Source: Deltaproteobacteria bacterium
Lineage (GTDB): Bacteria; Desulfobacterota; Binatia; HRBIN30; CADEER01
Assembly (NCBI GenBank): GCA_029262455.1
Contig: JAJCZJ010000088.1
Coordinates: forward strand, 270,273-334,272
Direction of reading: 5' to 3'
DNA: 64,000 nucleotides
Position numbers and translations under genes: made by a program. The notes under the pieces are model-generated. The model made no database searches. It was not told the origin of the DNA and saw only the letters and a list, made by a program, of their open reading frames with translations. Shown piece after piece: positions 19,449 to 28,764 of this stretch (its first letter is position 1; each line of letters opens with the position of its first letter).

Positions 19449-22430
19449 ATGCCTTTATCGCCGCAATCACTTGAGAAACGCCATCGACTGAGGGGCTTCG
19501 CCGAGACTCTCGAGCCTTCCCTCACCCGAAGTCCGGACACCGAACAAGCCTTGCGAGGAATCGCCGACCTGCTGGCCGGCACCAATGCAAAGGATTTGTC
19601 CGCTGCGTGGAAGGCCAACCCCGCTCAAGTCTGCCGCATCCTCGCGACAGTTTGCGGCGGCGCACCGTTCTTGATTAGCCACCTTCTGCATCATCCCGAA
19701 TGGTTGGCGCGCCTGGCGGCCGAAGACCTCGGGAACGAGCGCAGCAGCGAAGCCTACCGGGCACGCTTGGCGCAGTTGACCGACGGTGTCGACAAACGTG
19801 CCGACATCACGCGTATTCTGCGCGAGTTTAAATACTACGAGTTGACGCGTATCACGGTGCGCGATCTTTCGAGCGACCTGGTGCCGCTCGACTCCAGCGG
19901 CGAGGTCTTGGCGGAGCTTTCCCACCTCGCCGATGCGCTGCTAGCAAGAGCCTACGAGTACTCCCAAGCCCGCTTCGATGCGGACGACGATGGCTCTCAC
20001 TTTGCCGTCATCGGCATGGGCAAGCTCGGGTCCGAGGAACTGAACTACTCCTCGGACGTCGACCTAGTCTACGTCTGCGGCGACGAAAGCAATGACGACC
20101 CCGGAGCAACTCCGAACCTGCAGAAAGTCGCGCGATCACTCGGCGAGATCGTGCGACGAAAGACCGAGAACGGCTTCCTCTATCGAATCGATCTCGACTT
20201 GCGTCCAGAAGGGGCCTCCGGGCCCCTGGTTGTCAGTGCATCCGCGCTCGCAGACTACTACGAACGCTGGGCCGAGACCTGGGAAAAGGCCGCCTTGATG
20301 AAAGCGCGACCCGTCGCAGGAGACTTGGCGTTCGGGTGGAGAGTGATCCGTTCGATGGATCCGATTATCTACCGCTCGTCGATGGACCTCGAAGGGGTCG
20401 AAGCGATCCGCGCCATGAAGGACAAGATCGAACGAGCAAAAGGTCGTGAAGGGAAGACCTTCAACGTGAAGATCGGCCGCGGCGGGATCCGCGACATCGA
20501 ATTCATATCGCAAGCACTGCAGATGATGTACGGCGGCAAGCAGCCGCAGGTTCGGCAACGATCCACCCAGGCAGCGTTGCAAGCGTTGGTCGAAACCGGG
20601 GCCCTCGACCAGGACGCTGGCGACGAATTACTCGAAGCCTATCGCTTCCTGCGTCGCATCGAGAATCGCATCCAGATGGAGAACGAGCGGCAGCTCTACC
20701 ATCTACCGACCAGCACGGCCGGCCGGCAACGCCTAGCCCGAGCGATGGCCTCTTTCGAAGACGGCAATCCGGACAAGTTTGACGAAGACCTCACGGCACA
20801 CAGAGATCGGGTCAGAAGAATCTTCAGCAGACTATTCGACAAGGACGAAGGCGAGCGAATTCTCGACCTGTTCCAGGATAGTGCCCCGTCCCTGCTCGCG
20901 AATCCCGCGACCCGCAAACTCGCCGAAGATCTCGCCAAGCAGATGGCGCACCAAATCGAGGCCAGTTCGTCACCCGACCGGGCAATGAACAACCTCGACG
21001 AATTCATACGGGGGGTTGGCCAGCGCAAGTTCTTCTACGAGCTCTTGCTCGACCGGCCCGAGCTCGTCCCCCGGCTGGTCCGATTGTTCGCAGCGTCAGA
21101 ATACTTGTCCAGCTACGTAGCAACCCATCCGCGCCTGATCGAACCGCTGTTCGACGACCCTGACGTTCTTCTGCATTCGCGCGCCGAGCTCGAAGCCAGC
21201 TACGTCGAGATCCGGCAAACTCTCGCCGAGGAACAGTCGAGCAGTGACCCTGAGCTGAGCCTCGATGCCGTGCGGCTGTTTCACAACCGTGAGCTGGTCA
21301 ACGTCGGGCTTCTCGACCTCGACGAGCGTATCGATCGGCGTTCGGCGGAACAATCGCTCACTGAAATTGCGGAGGTCTGTCTCGACCAGGGCGTCGCCAT
21401 CGCGGAGTTGGAGGTTGTCCGAAGGACCAAGAAGAAACCGACTTGGCTGAAGAAGGGCGAGTTTCTCGTAGTGGCGATGGGCAAAATGGCGAGCCACGAG
21501 CTGACGTATGGGAGCGATCTGGACGTCATTTTTCTGTATGACGTGCCCGCGGCCGACGAAGACATGGAACTCGCGGCGCAGAGCGGCTTTGCCGGTCTGG
21601 CCCAGAAAGTGATCTGGGCGCTGCAAACGCGAACCCACGAAGGAACTTGCTACGAGATCGACGCTCGCCTGCGCCCATCCGGAAACCAAGGCCTGCTCGT
21701 TTCCCACATCGCCACCTTCAAGAAGTACCACGCCGGCAAGTCCGAGCTATGGGAACGGCAGGCGTTGCTTCGATCCCGCCCCGTCGCCGGCGCGAAGCGA
21801 TTGGCCGAGGCCTTCCAAGAGATCCGCGCAGAGATCTTGTCCCGTCCGATCTCGACCGACGCACAAACCGAAGTGCATCGAATCCGCATGCGCATGGAAG
21901 CAGAGCTCGCATACGAGTCTGGCGGGCATCGCGACTTCAAGACCGGGCGAGGCGGACTCCTCGACATCGAAACCATCGTGCAGTGCCAGCAGCTGGCAAA
22001 CGGCCACCAGCACCCGTACCTCTTCGAGGTGCATCCCATCGCCGACCACATCCAGTACTTGCTCCAACATCAGCTCATTAGCGAATCCGATTCGGAAACG
22101 CTGCTCGGCGGCTGGGAGTTCTTACAGCGATTGTCGAGCCGCCTCCGAATCATCGAGAATCGCTCCATTTCCGACCTCGACGCCGAGCGCGGGGATCTTG
22201 ACGAGGTCGCGCGCAGGCTGGGCTACCGGTCGACCGGACGCGCCAGCGGAGCGCGCCGTGGCCTTCTCGACGAGTACCATCAACGCACAGGAGACATCCG
22301 AGCCGTCTATGAGGGATACCTCGGAAGAACCGAACCGGTCGTCCACGAAGTCTCGGCCGGCAAAGCCGAGATTCCAAAGCGGCAACGGACCGTGCGCGGC
22401 GCAGCAAGGCGACGACTCGCGAAGAGGTGA
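19449..22430 (+). CDS. glnE: Bifunctional glutamine synthetase adenylyltransferase/adenylyl-removing enzyme
   Basis: ~990 aa with two nucleotidyltransferase domains (GMGKLGSEELNYSSDVDLVYV and AMGKMASHELTYGSDLDVIFLY) plus GlnE-type helical linkers. Confidence 0.9.
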   Translation: MPLSPQSLEKRHRLRGFAETLEPSLTRSPDTEQALRGIADLLAGTNAKDLSAAWKANPAQVCRILATVCGGAPFLISHLLHHPEWLARLAAEDLGNERSSEAYRARLAQLTDGVDKRADITRILREFKYYELTRITVRDLSSDLVPLDSSGEVLAELSHLADALLARAYEYSQARFDADDDGSHFAVIGMGKLGSEELNYSSDVDLVYVCGDESNDDPGATPNLQKVARSLGEIVRRKTENGFLYRIDLDLRPEGASGPLVVSASALADYYERWAETWEKAALMKARPVAGDLAFGWRVIRSMDPIIYRSSMDLEGVEAIRAMKDKIERAKGREGKTFNVKIGRGGIRDIEFISQALQMMYGGKQPQVRQRSTQAALQALVETGALDQDAGDELLEAYRFLRRIENRIQMENERQLYHLPTSTAGRQRLARAMASFEDGNPDKFDEDLTAHRDRVRRIFSRLFDKDEGERILDLFQDSAPSLLANPATRKLAEDLAKQMAHQIEASSSPDRAMNNLDEFIRGVGQRKFFYELLLDRPELVPRLVRLFAASEYLSSYVATHPRLIEPLFDDPDVLLHSRAELEASYVEIRQTLAEEQSSSDPELSLDAVRLFHNRELVNVGLLDLDERIDRRSAEQSLTEIAEVCLDQGVAIAELEVVRRTKKKPTWLKKGEFLVVAMGKMASHELTYGSDLDVIFLYDVPAADEDMELAAQSGFAGLAQKVIWALQTRTHEGTCYEIDARLRPSGNQGLLVSHIATFKKYHAGKSELWERQALLRSRPVAGAKRLAEAFQEIRAEILSRPISTDAQTEVHRIRMRMEAELAYESGGHRDFKTGRGGLLDIETIVQCQQLANGHQHPYLFEVHPIADHIQYLLQHQLISESDSETLLGGWEFLQRLSSRLRIIENRSISDLDAERGDLDEVARRLGYRSTGRASGARRGLLDEYHQRTGDIRAVYEGYLGRTEPVVHEVSAGKAEIPKRQRTVRGAARRRLAKR

Positions 22431-22484
22431 GCCTTCGACCAAGCGAGACCAACGCCCACACCGTTCCACCTCGACAACACGGCC

Positions 22485-22513
22485 TTGACTTGATCCGCCA
22501 AATGGCGTAGTAA
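22485..22513 (+). promoter_or_regulatory. Sigma70-like promoter candidate (TTGACT-17nt-TAGTAA) immediately upstream of the antitoxin gene
   Basis: TTGACT at 22485-22490 and TAGTAA at 22508-22513. The ATG at 22524 implies a very short leader. Confidence 0.3.
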
Positions 22514-22523
22514 CTAGAGCCAT

Positions 22524-22976
22524 ATGGCGGGCATCGGCCACGAAGATTCTCTTGAGAAGGACGGACCACACACCTATGCAGCCTTGCTCGGGTTGCGGAC
22601 GTTCGATTCAACTGGGCTCAAGGAGCGCATCGAGGCCGGACTCTCCTTCCAGTCGCTCGAGCGATTCCGTGAAAAGGTCGAGCTGCCGATGGCGGAGCTG
22701 GCGAAGCTGCTCCAGATACGCATGCGAACCCTCAGCCGACGTAAGGAGGAAGGCCGGTTGCGCCCCGATGAGTCGGATCGCTTGCTGCGCGCCTCGCGAC
22801 TGTTTTCAAAAGCGGTCGATCTCTTTGAGGGCGACATGGGCGCCGCTAGATCGTGGCTCGCGGCTCCGCAGGAGGCGCTCGGCGGGGCGACCCCTCTCGA
22901 CTTTGCACGCACGGACATTGGATCGCGTGAAGTTGAAAACTTGATCGGCCGACTCGAGTTCGGCATCTCCGCATAA
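22524..22976 (+). CDS. Type II antitoxin, DUF2384 (Xre-like/ParS/MbcA family), partner of the RES toxin
   Basis: 150 aa. The C-terminal half (WLAAPQEALGGATPLDFARTDIGSREVENLIGRLEFGI) is the characteristic DUF2384 block. It lies 22 nt upstream of the RES gene. Confidence 0.75.
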   Translation: MAGIGHEDSLEKDGPHTYAALLGLRTFDSTGLKERIEAGLSFQSLERFREKVELPMAELAKLLQIRMRTLSRRKEEGRLRPDESDRLLRASRLFSKAVDLFEGDMGAARSWLAAPQEALGGATPLDFARTDIGSREVENLIGRLEFGISA

Positions 22977-22998
22977 ACCACCGCCGTACCGTACGCCA

Positions 22999-23490
22999 AT
23001 GCCGACCGGGTGGAGAGTTCTCAAGTCAAAGTACGACGCGCACGCCTTCGACGGAGAGGGGTCGCGGCTGTACGGGGGACGGTGGAACAGTCCAGGGCGG
23101 CGCGTAGTCTACGCGGCTCAGAGTATCGCCCTCGCCGCACTGGAGTTGCTGGTGCATCTCGGCAATCGCGAAGTTTTGAACCACTACCGACTGCACGCGA
23201 TTCATTTCGCCGACAACCACGCGATGACCGTGAAGCCTAAGAGCCTTCCCGCGGATTGGCGCAACTCCTCCGGGCCGAATTCGCTCCGCAAGATCGGGGA
23301 TGCTTGGCTCACCGATGGCACATCCGTGATTCTCGCCGTGCCGAGCGCTGTGGTGCCATTGGAACTCAACTATCTGATCAACCCCGAGCACCGCGACTTC
23401 GCCTCCCTAACCACAGAGGGGCCGCTCGACTTTACCTTCGACACTCGCCTCATGACCGTCGAGAGGCCGCCACGGCACCCGCGCTCCTGA
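22999..23490 (+). CDS. RES-domain toxin (NAD+-targeting, ParT/MbcT-like)
   Basis: GGRWNSPGRRVVYAAQSIALAALE...S carries the R-E-S residues in the canonical order and spacing. Confidence 0.8.
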   Translation: MPTGWRVLKSKYDAHAFDGEGSRLYGGRWNSPGRRVVYAAQSIALAALELLVHLGNREVLNHYRLHAIHFADNHAMTVKPKSLPADWRNSSGPNSLRKIGDAWLTDGTSVILAVPSAVVPLELNYLINPEHRDFASLTTEGPLDFTFDTRLMTVERPPRHPRS

Positions 23491-23495
23491 GTCGG

Positions 23496-24227
23496 TCACG
23501 AACGGCGATCGTACGCACCCGCCCGGCGCAACTGGCGGACTTTCCACACTTCGCCCATCACTTCGAGGTACGCGTTGGGAGGAACTTTGCTGTCCGGGTT
23601 GTTGATCCAACGAATGGGGGCCTCTTTCACTTGATAGCCACGGTGTCGGGCAGCGGCGATGAGCTCTACATCGAAACCCCAGCGGTCGATCTGCAAATAC
23701 GGCAACAGATCGTCGAGACAAGCGCCCGTAAACATCTTGAATCCAGCCTGGGTGTCTTTGATACCTGGCGCCGCGAGCATCTGGATGACCATATTCCCGA
23801 TCTTTCCGCCGAGCTCCTTCTGCCAAGATTGATGGACAACTACGTTGGCGTCGGCCACGTCGCGCGAACCAATCACCGCGTCGAAACCATCCTCAAAGTG
23901 CGGCCAAAATCCCTCGATCTGATCGATAGTCGTCGAGTTATCAGCGTCCATGAACAGTCGATACTCACCAGACGCCAAGGCAAACCCGCGTCGGACCGTT
24001 GCCCCTTTACCGTGGTTGCGCCCATCCTCATGGGCAGCCACTCGCAGCGATGTCGTACCGGCATCCCAATCCCGCACCAACGCCGCGGTACCATCGGTTG
24101 AGCCGTCATCGACGACGATAACCTCAGACTCGTAGTCTTGGTTCCCCAAATAACCGATCGCGCTCGCCAGCGTCACCGGGAGTCGCTTCTCTTCGTTTAG
24201 GGCCGGTATGATCACAGAAAGCCGCAT
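23496..24227 (-). CDS. Family 2 glycosyltransferase (polyprenyl-phosphate sugar transferase-like)
   Basis: MRLSVIIPALNEE, VIVVDDGSTDGT and the DxD region LFMDADNST. GAGGA RBS. Confidence 0.8.
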   Translation of the reverse strand: MRLSVIIPALNEEKRLPVTLASAIGYLGNQDYESEVIVVDDGSTDGTAALVRDWDAGTTSLRVAAHEDGRNHGKGATVRRGFALASGEYRLFMDADNSTTIDQIEGFWPHFEDGFDAVIGSRDVADANVVVHQSWQKELGGKIGNMVIQMLAAPGIKDTQAGFKMFTGACLDDLLPYLQIDRWGFDVELIAAARHRGYQVKEAPIRWINNPDSKVPPNAYLEVMGEVWKVRQLRRAGAYDRRS

Positions 24228-24251
24228 GGAAAATCCTCAGCAACGCGCTCT

Positions 24252-25148
24252 TCAGCGCGGCGGTACTGCCTTGGTAGCTGCATCGCTACGCAAAAACATC
24301 ATCTGTGTGCCAGAGGCGATCAGCTTTCCTTCCAGATCCCAGATCTCGACGTCGGCAGTCGCGTATCCAAATCCAGCCCAGCGGGCGCGCACATCCGTAA
24401 GCATCCATTCCGCCCACGTGTCCTCGAGAAAATGCACTGTCAGATCGAGACTCGGGGCGAAGAACGGCGGATGATCCGGCCCCAATTTCTGAATCAACGC
24501 CGGAGGCATGGTGTCCGCGATCGGGGGGATGGCGAGCGGATCGAGGCGTCCATCCGTCAGTTTCTGCGGAACACGATAGCGATACCAACGTGCCATCCGG
24601 GCGCGCCCCGGCTTCCAACCGCTCTCCCACCAAGGCTCACCGACGGCAAGTCTCGTGTCGAGGTTGTTAAAAATCGCTGGCCGCGGCTGTCCGGCAATAT
24701 CGGTTAGAGCATCCATCGGCGGCAGATCATCTGGACGGGGCACATCCGGCACCTCGGCATCCAACATCGCAACCATGGCCGGGCGCCGACGCGCAAACGT
24801 GGCGCTCACCTCCAGCCCCGGCCCCGGTACTACGGTCGAGGAGAGCTGGGCGCGCACCTGAGCCGCGGACCTGCCGTGGCGTAACACTTCGACACGGATT
24901 TCCATCGGTCCGGCCGGCACGGGCGAGCAAAAATGCGTATTCGCAGACAACGGACGCAAATCGTCGTCCCCCAGCTCCTCCGACATCGCCCGCATCGCAA
25001 TCGACATCAGCACTCCGCCGGACGGCGTTTGAAAATTCCACGCCTCACTTAGCGAAGCAGTGTACCAACCCGGGGCCGCCTTCAACCGGGTCACCGCTAT
25101 ATCGACCGCCAAACTACTCGGCTTCTTTTCCTCAACCGCCGCCATCAT
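24252..25148 (-). CDS. Acyl-CoA thioesterase (TesB-like double hot-dog)
   Basis: ~298 aa with two hot-dog halves and TesB-family-like blocks (WYTASLSEAWNFQTPSGGVLMSIA ... TVHFLED). Confidence 0.65.
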   Translation of the reverse strand: MMAAVEEKKPSSLAVDIAVTRLKAAPGWYTASLSEAWNFQTPSGGVLMSIAMRAMSEELGDDDLRPLSANTHFCSPVPAGPMEIRVEVLRHGRSAAQVRAQLSSTVVPGPGLEVSATFARRRPAMVAMLDAEVPDVPRPDDLPPMDALTDIAGQPRPAIFNNLDTRLAVGEPWWESGWKPGRARMARWYRYRVPQKLTDGRLDPLAIPPIADTMPPALIQKLGPDHPPFFAPSLDLTVHFLEDTWAEWMLTDVRARWAGFGYATADVEIWDLEGKLIASGTQMMFLRSDAATKAVPPR

Positions 25149-25309
25149 CCGCTTCCGCTCCGCACGATAAGGTGCAAACCGTCAACATTCCACCCCTCTT
25201 CGCCCGTCCCAGCGAGATTTGGTCCGGTCGTGTCCCACTCGCATCGTGCACCTCGCTTGCAGTCGTCCCATCCACCAGTGACACTCCGGAGCCTTACAAG
25301 GAGGCCCAC

Positions 25310-26251
25310 ATGCCAGAAATTCGTACATTCGAGCTGCTGCTCTCTGAGGTCAAAGCACATGCCAGAAAACGCGTCGCGATCGCCTGCGGAGACATGGAGT
25401 CGGTGGTTGAAGCCGCGGCCCGTGCCGAGGCCGAAGATGTCGCAGACGCGATCCTATTCGGGGACAAGAAGGCGACGGAGACGGCCGCCCGCAACGCTGG
25501 CGTCGACCTAAGCTCGGCAGAATTGATCGATATCCCCGACCGTGACGAGGCTGCCAGCGAAGCCGTCAGGTGGGTCGCCCGCGGCGACGCCGACATCGCC
25601 ATGAAGGGTCGCATCCATACCGACGACTTTCTCCGGGCAGTCCTCCAACGGCAAGACGGCCTGCGTACAGGGAAGTTGTTGAGCCATTGCTTCCTGCTCG
25701 AAGTCGCCCACCTAAACAAGTTGCTGATCGTCACCGACGGCGCGATGAATATCGCCCCCAACTTCGAGCAGAAGGCGCAGATCGCGCGCAACGCGATCTC
25801 CGTTGGACGCCTCCTCGGCATCGACCAACCAAAAGTCGCCGTCCTCGCTGCTGTCGAGCTCGTCAACCCGAAGATGCCGGCAACCCAAGACGCAGCAATC
25901 TTGGCTCTGATGAGCAGTCGGGGCCAATTCGAACAGGGCATCGTCGAGGGACCATTCGCGCTCGACAACGCGATCTCCCAGAAAGCTGCAGCCGTCAAAG
26001 GGATCGACAACCCCGTCGCTGGGCGCGCCGACATCCTCCTGGTGCCCGATATCGAGGCCGGCAATATCCTCACCAAGAGCTTCGTCTATCTCGCCCAGGG
26101 CCGTATCGCTGGCGTCGTCATCGGTGCTGGAGCGCCGGTCGTGCTGACATCGCGTGCGGACACTGCCGAGTCAAAGTTTCTCTCGATCGCAACCGCCGTA
26201 TACAGCGCCCAGATGCAGAGCCTCAGCGTCAAGATCGGCGCCCGACGCTGA
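25310..26251 (+). CDS. ptb: Phosphate acetyl/butyryltransferase (Pta/Ptb family)
   Basis: PF01515-like VAIACGDM, LLIVTDGAMNIAP and ADILLVPDIEAGNIL. AAGGAGG lies 5 nt upstream of the ATG. Confidence 0.8.
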   Translation: MPEIRTFELLLSEVKAHARKRVAIACGDMESVVEAAARAEAEDVADAILFGDKKATETAARNAGVDLSSAELIDIPDRDEAASEAVRWVARGDADIAMKGRIHTDDFLRAVLQRQDGLRTGKLLSHCFLLEVAHLNKLLIVTDGAMNIAPNFEQKAQIARNAISVGRLLGIDQPKVAVLAAVELVNPKMPATQDAAILALMSSRGQFEQGIVEGPFALDNAISQKAAAVKGIDNPVAGRADILLVPDIEAGNILTKSFVYLAQGRIAGVVIGAGAPVVLTSRADTAESKFLSIATAVYSAQMQSLSVKIGARR

Positions 26252-27423
26252 TGCACATCCTGGTCGTCAACGCCGGCTCGACTTCCTTGAAGGTCGACGT
26301 ATTCGCGATGCCCGAGGAAGTGTGCGCAGCGTCGGCAACTGCGGAGAGAATCGGCAAAGGCAGGCCATCCCTCAAAATTTCTTTTGGTGACGAAGAACGT
26401 GTCGATCGCAGCATCGAAGCCGCCACGCACGCCGACGCCCTTCGCGAAGTCCTCACCGAGATCGCCCCGCACTTCGACATCGACGCGGTCGGCCATCGCG
26501 TCGTTCACGGCGGCGAGTCACTCACCGCACCGACCATCGTCGACGACGCCGTCGAACAGATCATCGAGGACTTCGCGAAGTTCGCACCGCTGCACAATCC
26601 GCCGAACTTATCCGGTATCCGCGCCGCGCGTTCCGCGTTCCCGGAGGCCCCCCACGTCGCGGTAATGGACACCGGCTTTCACCGAACCCTCCCGCCGGAA
26701 GCCTTTGTCTACGGCCTGCCATACGACCTGTACGAACAGCACGGCGTCCGACGCTACGGCTTTCACGGCACCAGTCACGAGTATGTTGCCCACGAAGCCG
26801 CAAAAACTCTCGGCCGCGACTTGAGCGAACTCAAGCTCATCACGTGTCACCTCGGCGGTGGCGCCAGTGTCTGCGCCATCGAGCACGGTCGCTCGGTCGC
26901 CACATCAATGGGCCTCACACCACTCGAGGGCCTGTTGATGGCAACCCGCTGCGGCGATCTCGACCCAGGCGTCGTGGTGTTCCTGCAAGATCAGCTAAAA
27001 ATGTCCTGCGCGGAAATCGACGACCTGCTAAACCGCAAGTCCGGCCTGCTCGGAGTATCGGGAACCAGTCGCGACATGCGCGAGCTACTAAAGGAGGCCG
27101 ACACCGCGGAGAGAGCGCGTCTGGCAATCAATATCTTTTGCCGGCGGGTCCGCTTTTACCTAGGCGCCTATACTGCCGAACTCGGCGGTGCTGACGCGTT
27201 CGTGTTCACCGGCGGAATCGGCGAGAACTCCGCCCAGATCCGGCAAGAAATCCTCGCACCCCTGCAAGGCCTCGGAGTTGCCCTCGACCCCGAGAGCAAC
27301 CAGATCCGGGCCGAGTCTGGACGGGTCATCAGTATGCCCGACAGCCGCGTTTCGGTTCTCGTCGTGCCAACCGACGAAGAGCTACAGATCGCCCGTTGCG
27401 TCGCCGAGATCCTGGCGCGCTAA
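26251..27423 (+). CDS. ackA: Acetate (or short-chain acyl) kinase
   Basis: MHILVVNAGSTSLKVDVF, VGHRVVHGG, FHGTSH and TCHLGGGASVCAI are acetate-kinase signatures. TGATG stop/start overlap with ptb. Confidence 0.9.
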   Translation: MHILVVNAGSTSLKVDVFAMPEEVCAASATAERIGKGRPSLKISFGDEERVDRSIEAATHADALREVLTEIAPHFDIDAVGHRVVHGGESLTAPTIVDDAVEQIIEDFAKFAPLHNPPNLSGIRAARSAFPEAPHVAVMDTGFHRTLPPEAFVYGLPYDLYEQHGVRRYGFHGTSHEYVAHEAAKTLGRDLSELKLITCHLGGGASVCAIEHGRSVATSMGLTPLEGLLMATRCGDLDPGVVVFLQDQLKMSCAEIDDLLNRKSGLLGVSGTSRDMRELLKEADTAERARLAINIFCRRVRFYLGAYTAELGGADAFVFTGGIGENSAQIRQEILAPLQGLGVALDPESNQIRAESGRVISMPDSRVSVLVVPTDEELQIARCVAEILAR

Positions 27424-28436
27424 CCTGGCTTAGACACCCAGAACTCCGTCGTCGCGTGGCGCGAAAGAAGCGACCCGACGGCCTCTGCGGCGGGAATCCC
27501 TTCGTGCAGAAACTGCCGCACCTGTTCACAGATCGGCAACTCAACGCCAAGTTTTTCGGCTAGGGCGATGACCGTCTGACTGTTCCGTACCCCTTCCGCG
27601 ACCATCTTCATATCGGCCAAGATAGCGTCCAGGGTTTCGCCGCGCCCGAGGCGAAGGCCGAGCGTCCGGTTGCGGCTCAGGTCACCAGTACATGTTAGGA
27701 TCAGGTCGCCAGCGCCGGCCAAACCGGCGGAAGTCTGCGGATCGCCGCCCGCTCGAGCAACCAGACGCGCCGTCTCAGCGATACCTCGGGTAATGACCGC
27801 AGCACGCGTACTGTGGCCGAAGCCCAAGCCGTCGCCGACTCCTGCGGCAATCGCGATCACATTTTTCGACGCGCCGCTGAGTTCAACCCCAACCACGTCC
27901 AAGCTACTGTAGACGCGAAAGTTCGGAGCCGAAAAAAGCTTCTGAATAGCCGCGGCAGCACTCGCATCGGGCGCCGCCACAGTCACCGCCGTCGGCATGC
28001 CAGCCGCAACTTCGCGCGCAAAGCTCGGGCCCGACAAGACTCCGACCCGTGGTCGATGGACCTCCCCGACTACGTCGACGAGCACATCGGTCATCATCTT
28101 GAGGGTGCCGGCTTCGATCCCCTTCGAAGCACTAACCACCAAAGACCCGGCCCTCAGCAGCGGCGCGACCGGCGAAAACACCTCGCGCATGACGTGCGAA
28201 GGGCAAGCGGCCACGACAGCATCGGCCTCGACCACCGCCTCGGCAAGGTCAGTCGTCGTCCGCAGACTTGACGGAAACGAAAAACCCGGAAGATAGATCT
28301 GATTCTCGCCGGCAGAAGCGGCAATTTTCTCAACCGCCGGGTCGTGAAACCACAAAACGACCTCGTGCCCGGCCACAGCCAGCAAGCGAGCCAACGCCGT
28401 CCCCCAGCTCCCTCCACCAATGACTCCAACGCGCAT
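27420..28436 (-). CDS. gpsA: NAD(P)H-dependent glycerol-3-phosphate dehydrogenase
   Basis: MRVGVIGGGSWGTALA Rossmann motif and GpsA C-terminal blocks. Start chosen at the ATG with an AGAGGA RBS. Convergent 4-nt overlap with ackA. Confidence 0.9.
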   Translation of the reverse strand: MRVGVIGGGSWGTALARLLAVAGHEVVLWFHDPAVEKIAASAGENQIYLPGFSFPSSLRTTTDLAEAVVEADAVVAACPSHVMREVFSPVAPLLRAGSLVVSASKGIEAGTLKMMTDVLVDVVGEVHRPRVGVLSGPSFAREVAAGMPTAVTVAAPDASAAAAIQKLFSAPNFRVYSSLDVVGVELSGASKNVIAIAAGVGDGLGFGHSTRAAVITRGIAETARLVARAGGDPQTSAGLAGAGDLILTCTGDLSRNRTLGLRLGRGETLDAILADMKMVAEGVRNSQTVIALAEKLGVELPICEQVRQFLHEGIPAAEAVGSLLSRHATTEFWVSKPG

Positions 28437-28704
28437 GTCGATCATTCCTCTGCGAGCTATTCTGCCAGGATACCGCCCCGAAAGGCAGAGAGCGACTGAC
28501 GAAGTCCCGCCCGTGCACCTGTCGAACGCAGCCAAATCCTGCCGGTTTCCAGATCGCAAGCTCTTTCGCAAGCCGGCCTACCCGACGGACCGGTCTCCTC
28601 CGAATGTTGTTTTCCCATTGATCTACAACAATCTAGCGGAGACAATTTCCTTGACCCAAGACGCCTGGGTTGAGAGGATTCACGCTTGGGAAGATGCCAT
28701 TTTT

Positions 28705-28738
28705 GGGCCCACGATCCACAACGGACGGGCCTTTTTGT
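28705..28738 (+). terminator. Terminator-like GC hairpin (GGGCCC...GGGCC) followed by TTTTTGT, 27 nt upstream of the large secreted-protein gene
   Basis: Seen directly in the sequence. A plus-strand hairpin plus U-tract lies in a divergent 330-bp intergenic region. Confidence 0.3.
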
Positions 28739-28764
28739 ACGAGTAAGCGATCGAGGGGGTAAGT

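Noticed and set aside
23256-24101. 281-aa plus-strand ORF overlapping the GT2 gene
   Set aside because: It is antisense to a clearly homologous glycosyltransferase and has no motifs of its own.
25570-26250. N-terminal 227-aa extension of the ORF containing acetate kinase
   Set aside because: The real ackA start is the ATG at 26251 (MHILVVNAGSTSLK). The upstream extension is an Arg-rich out-of-context frame overlapping ptb.
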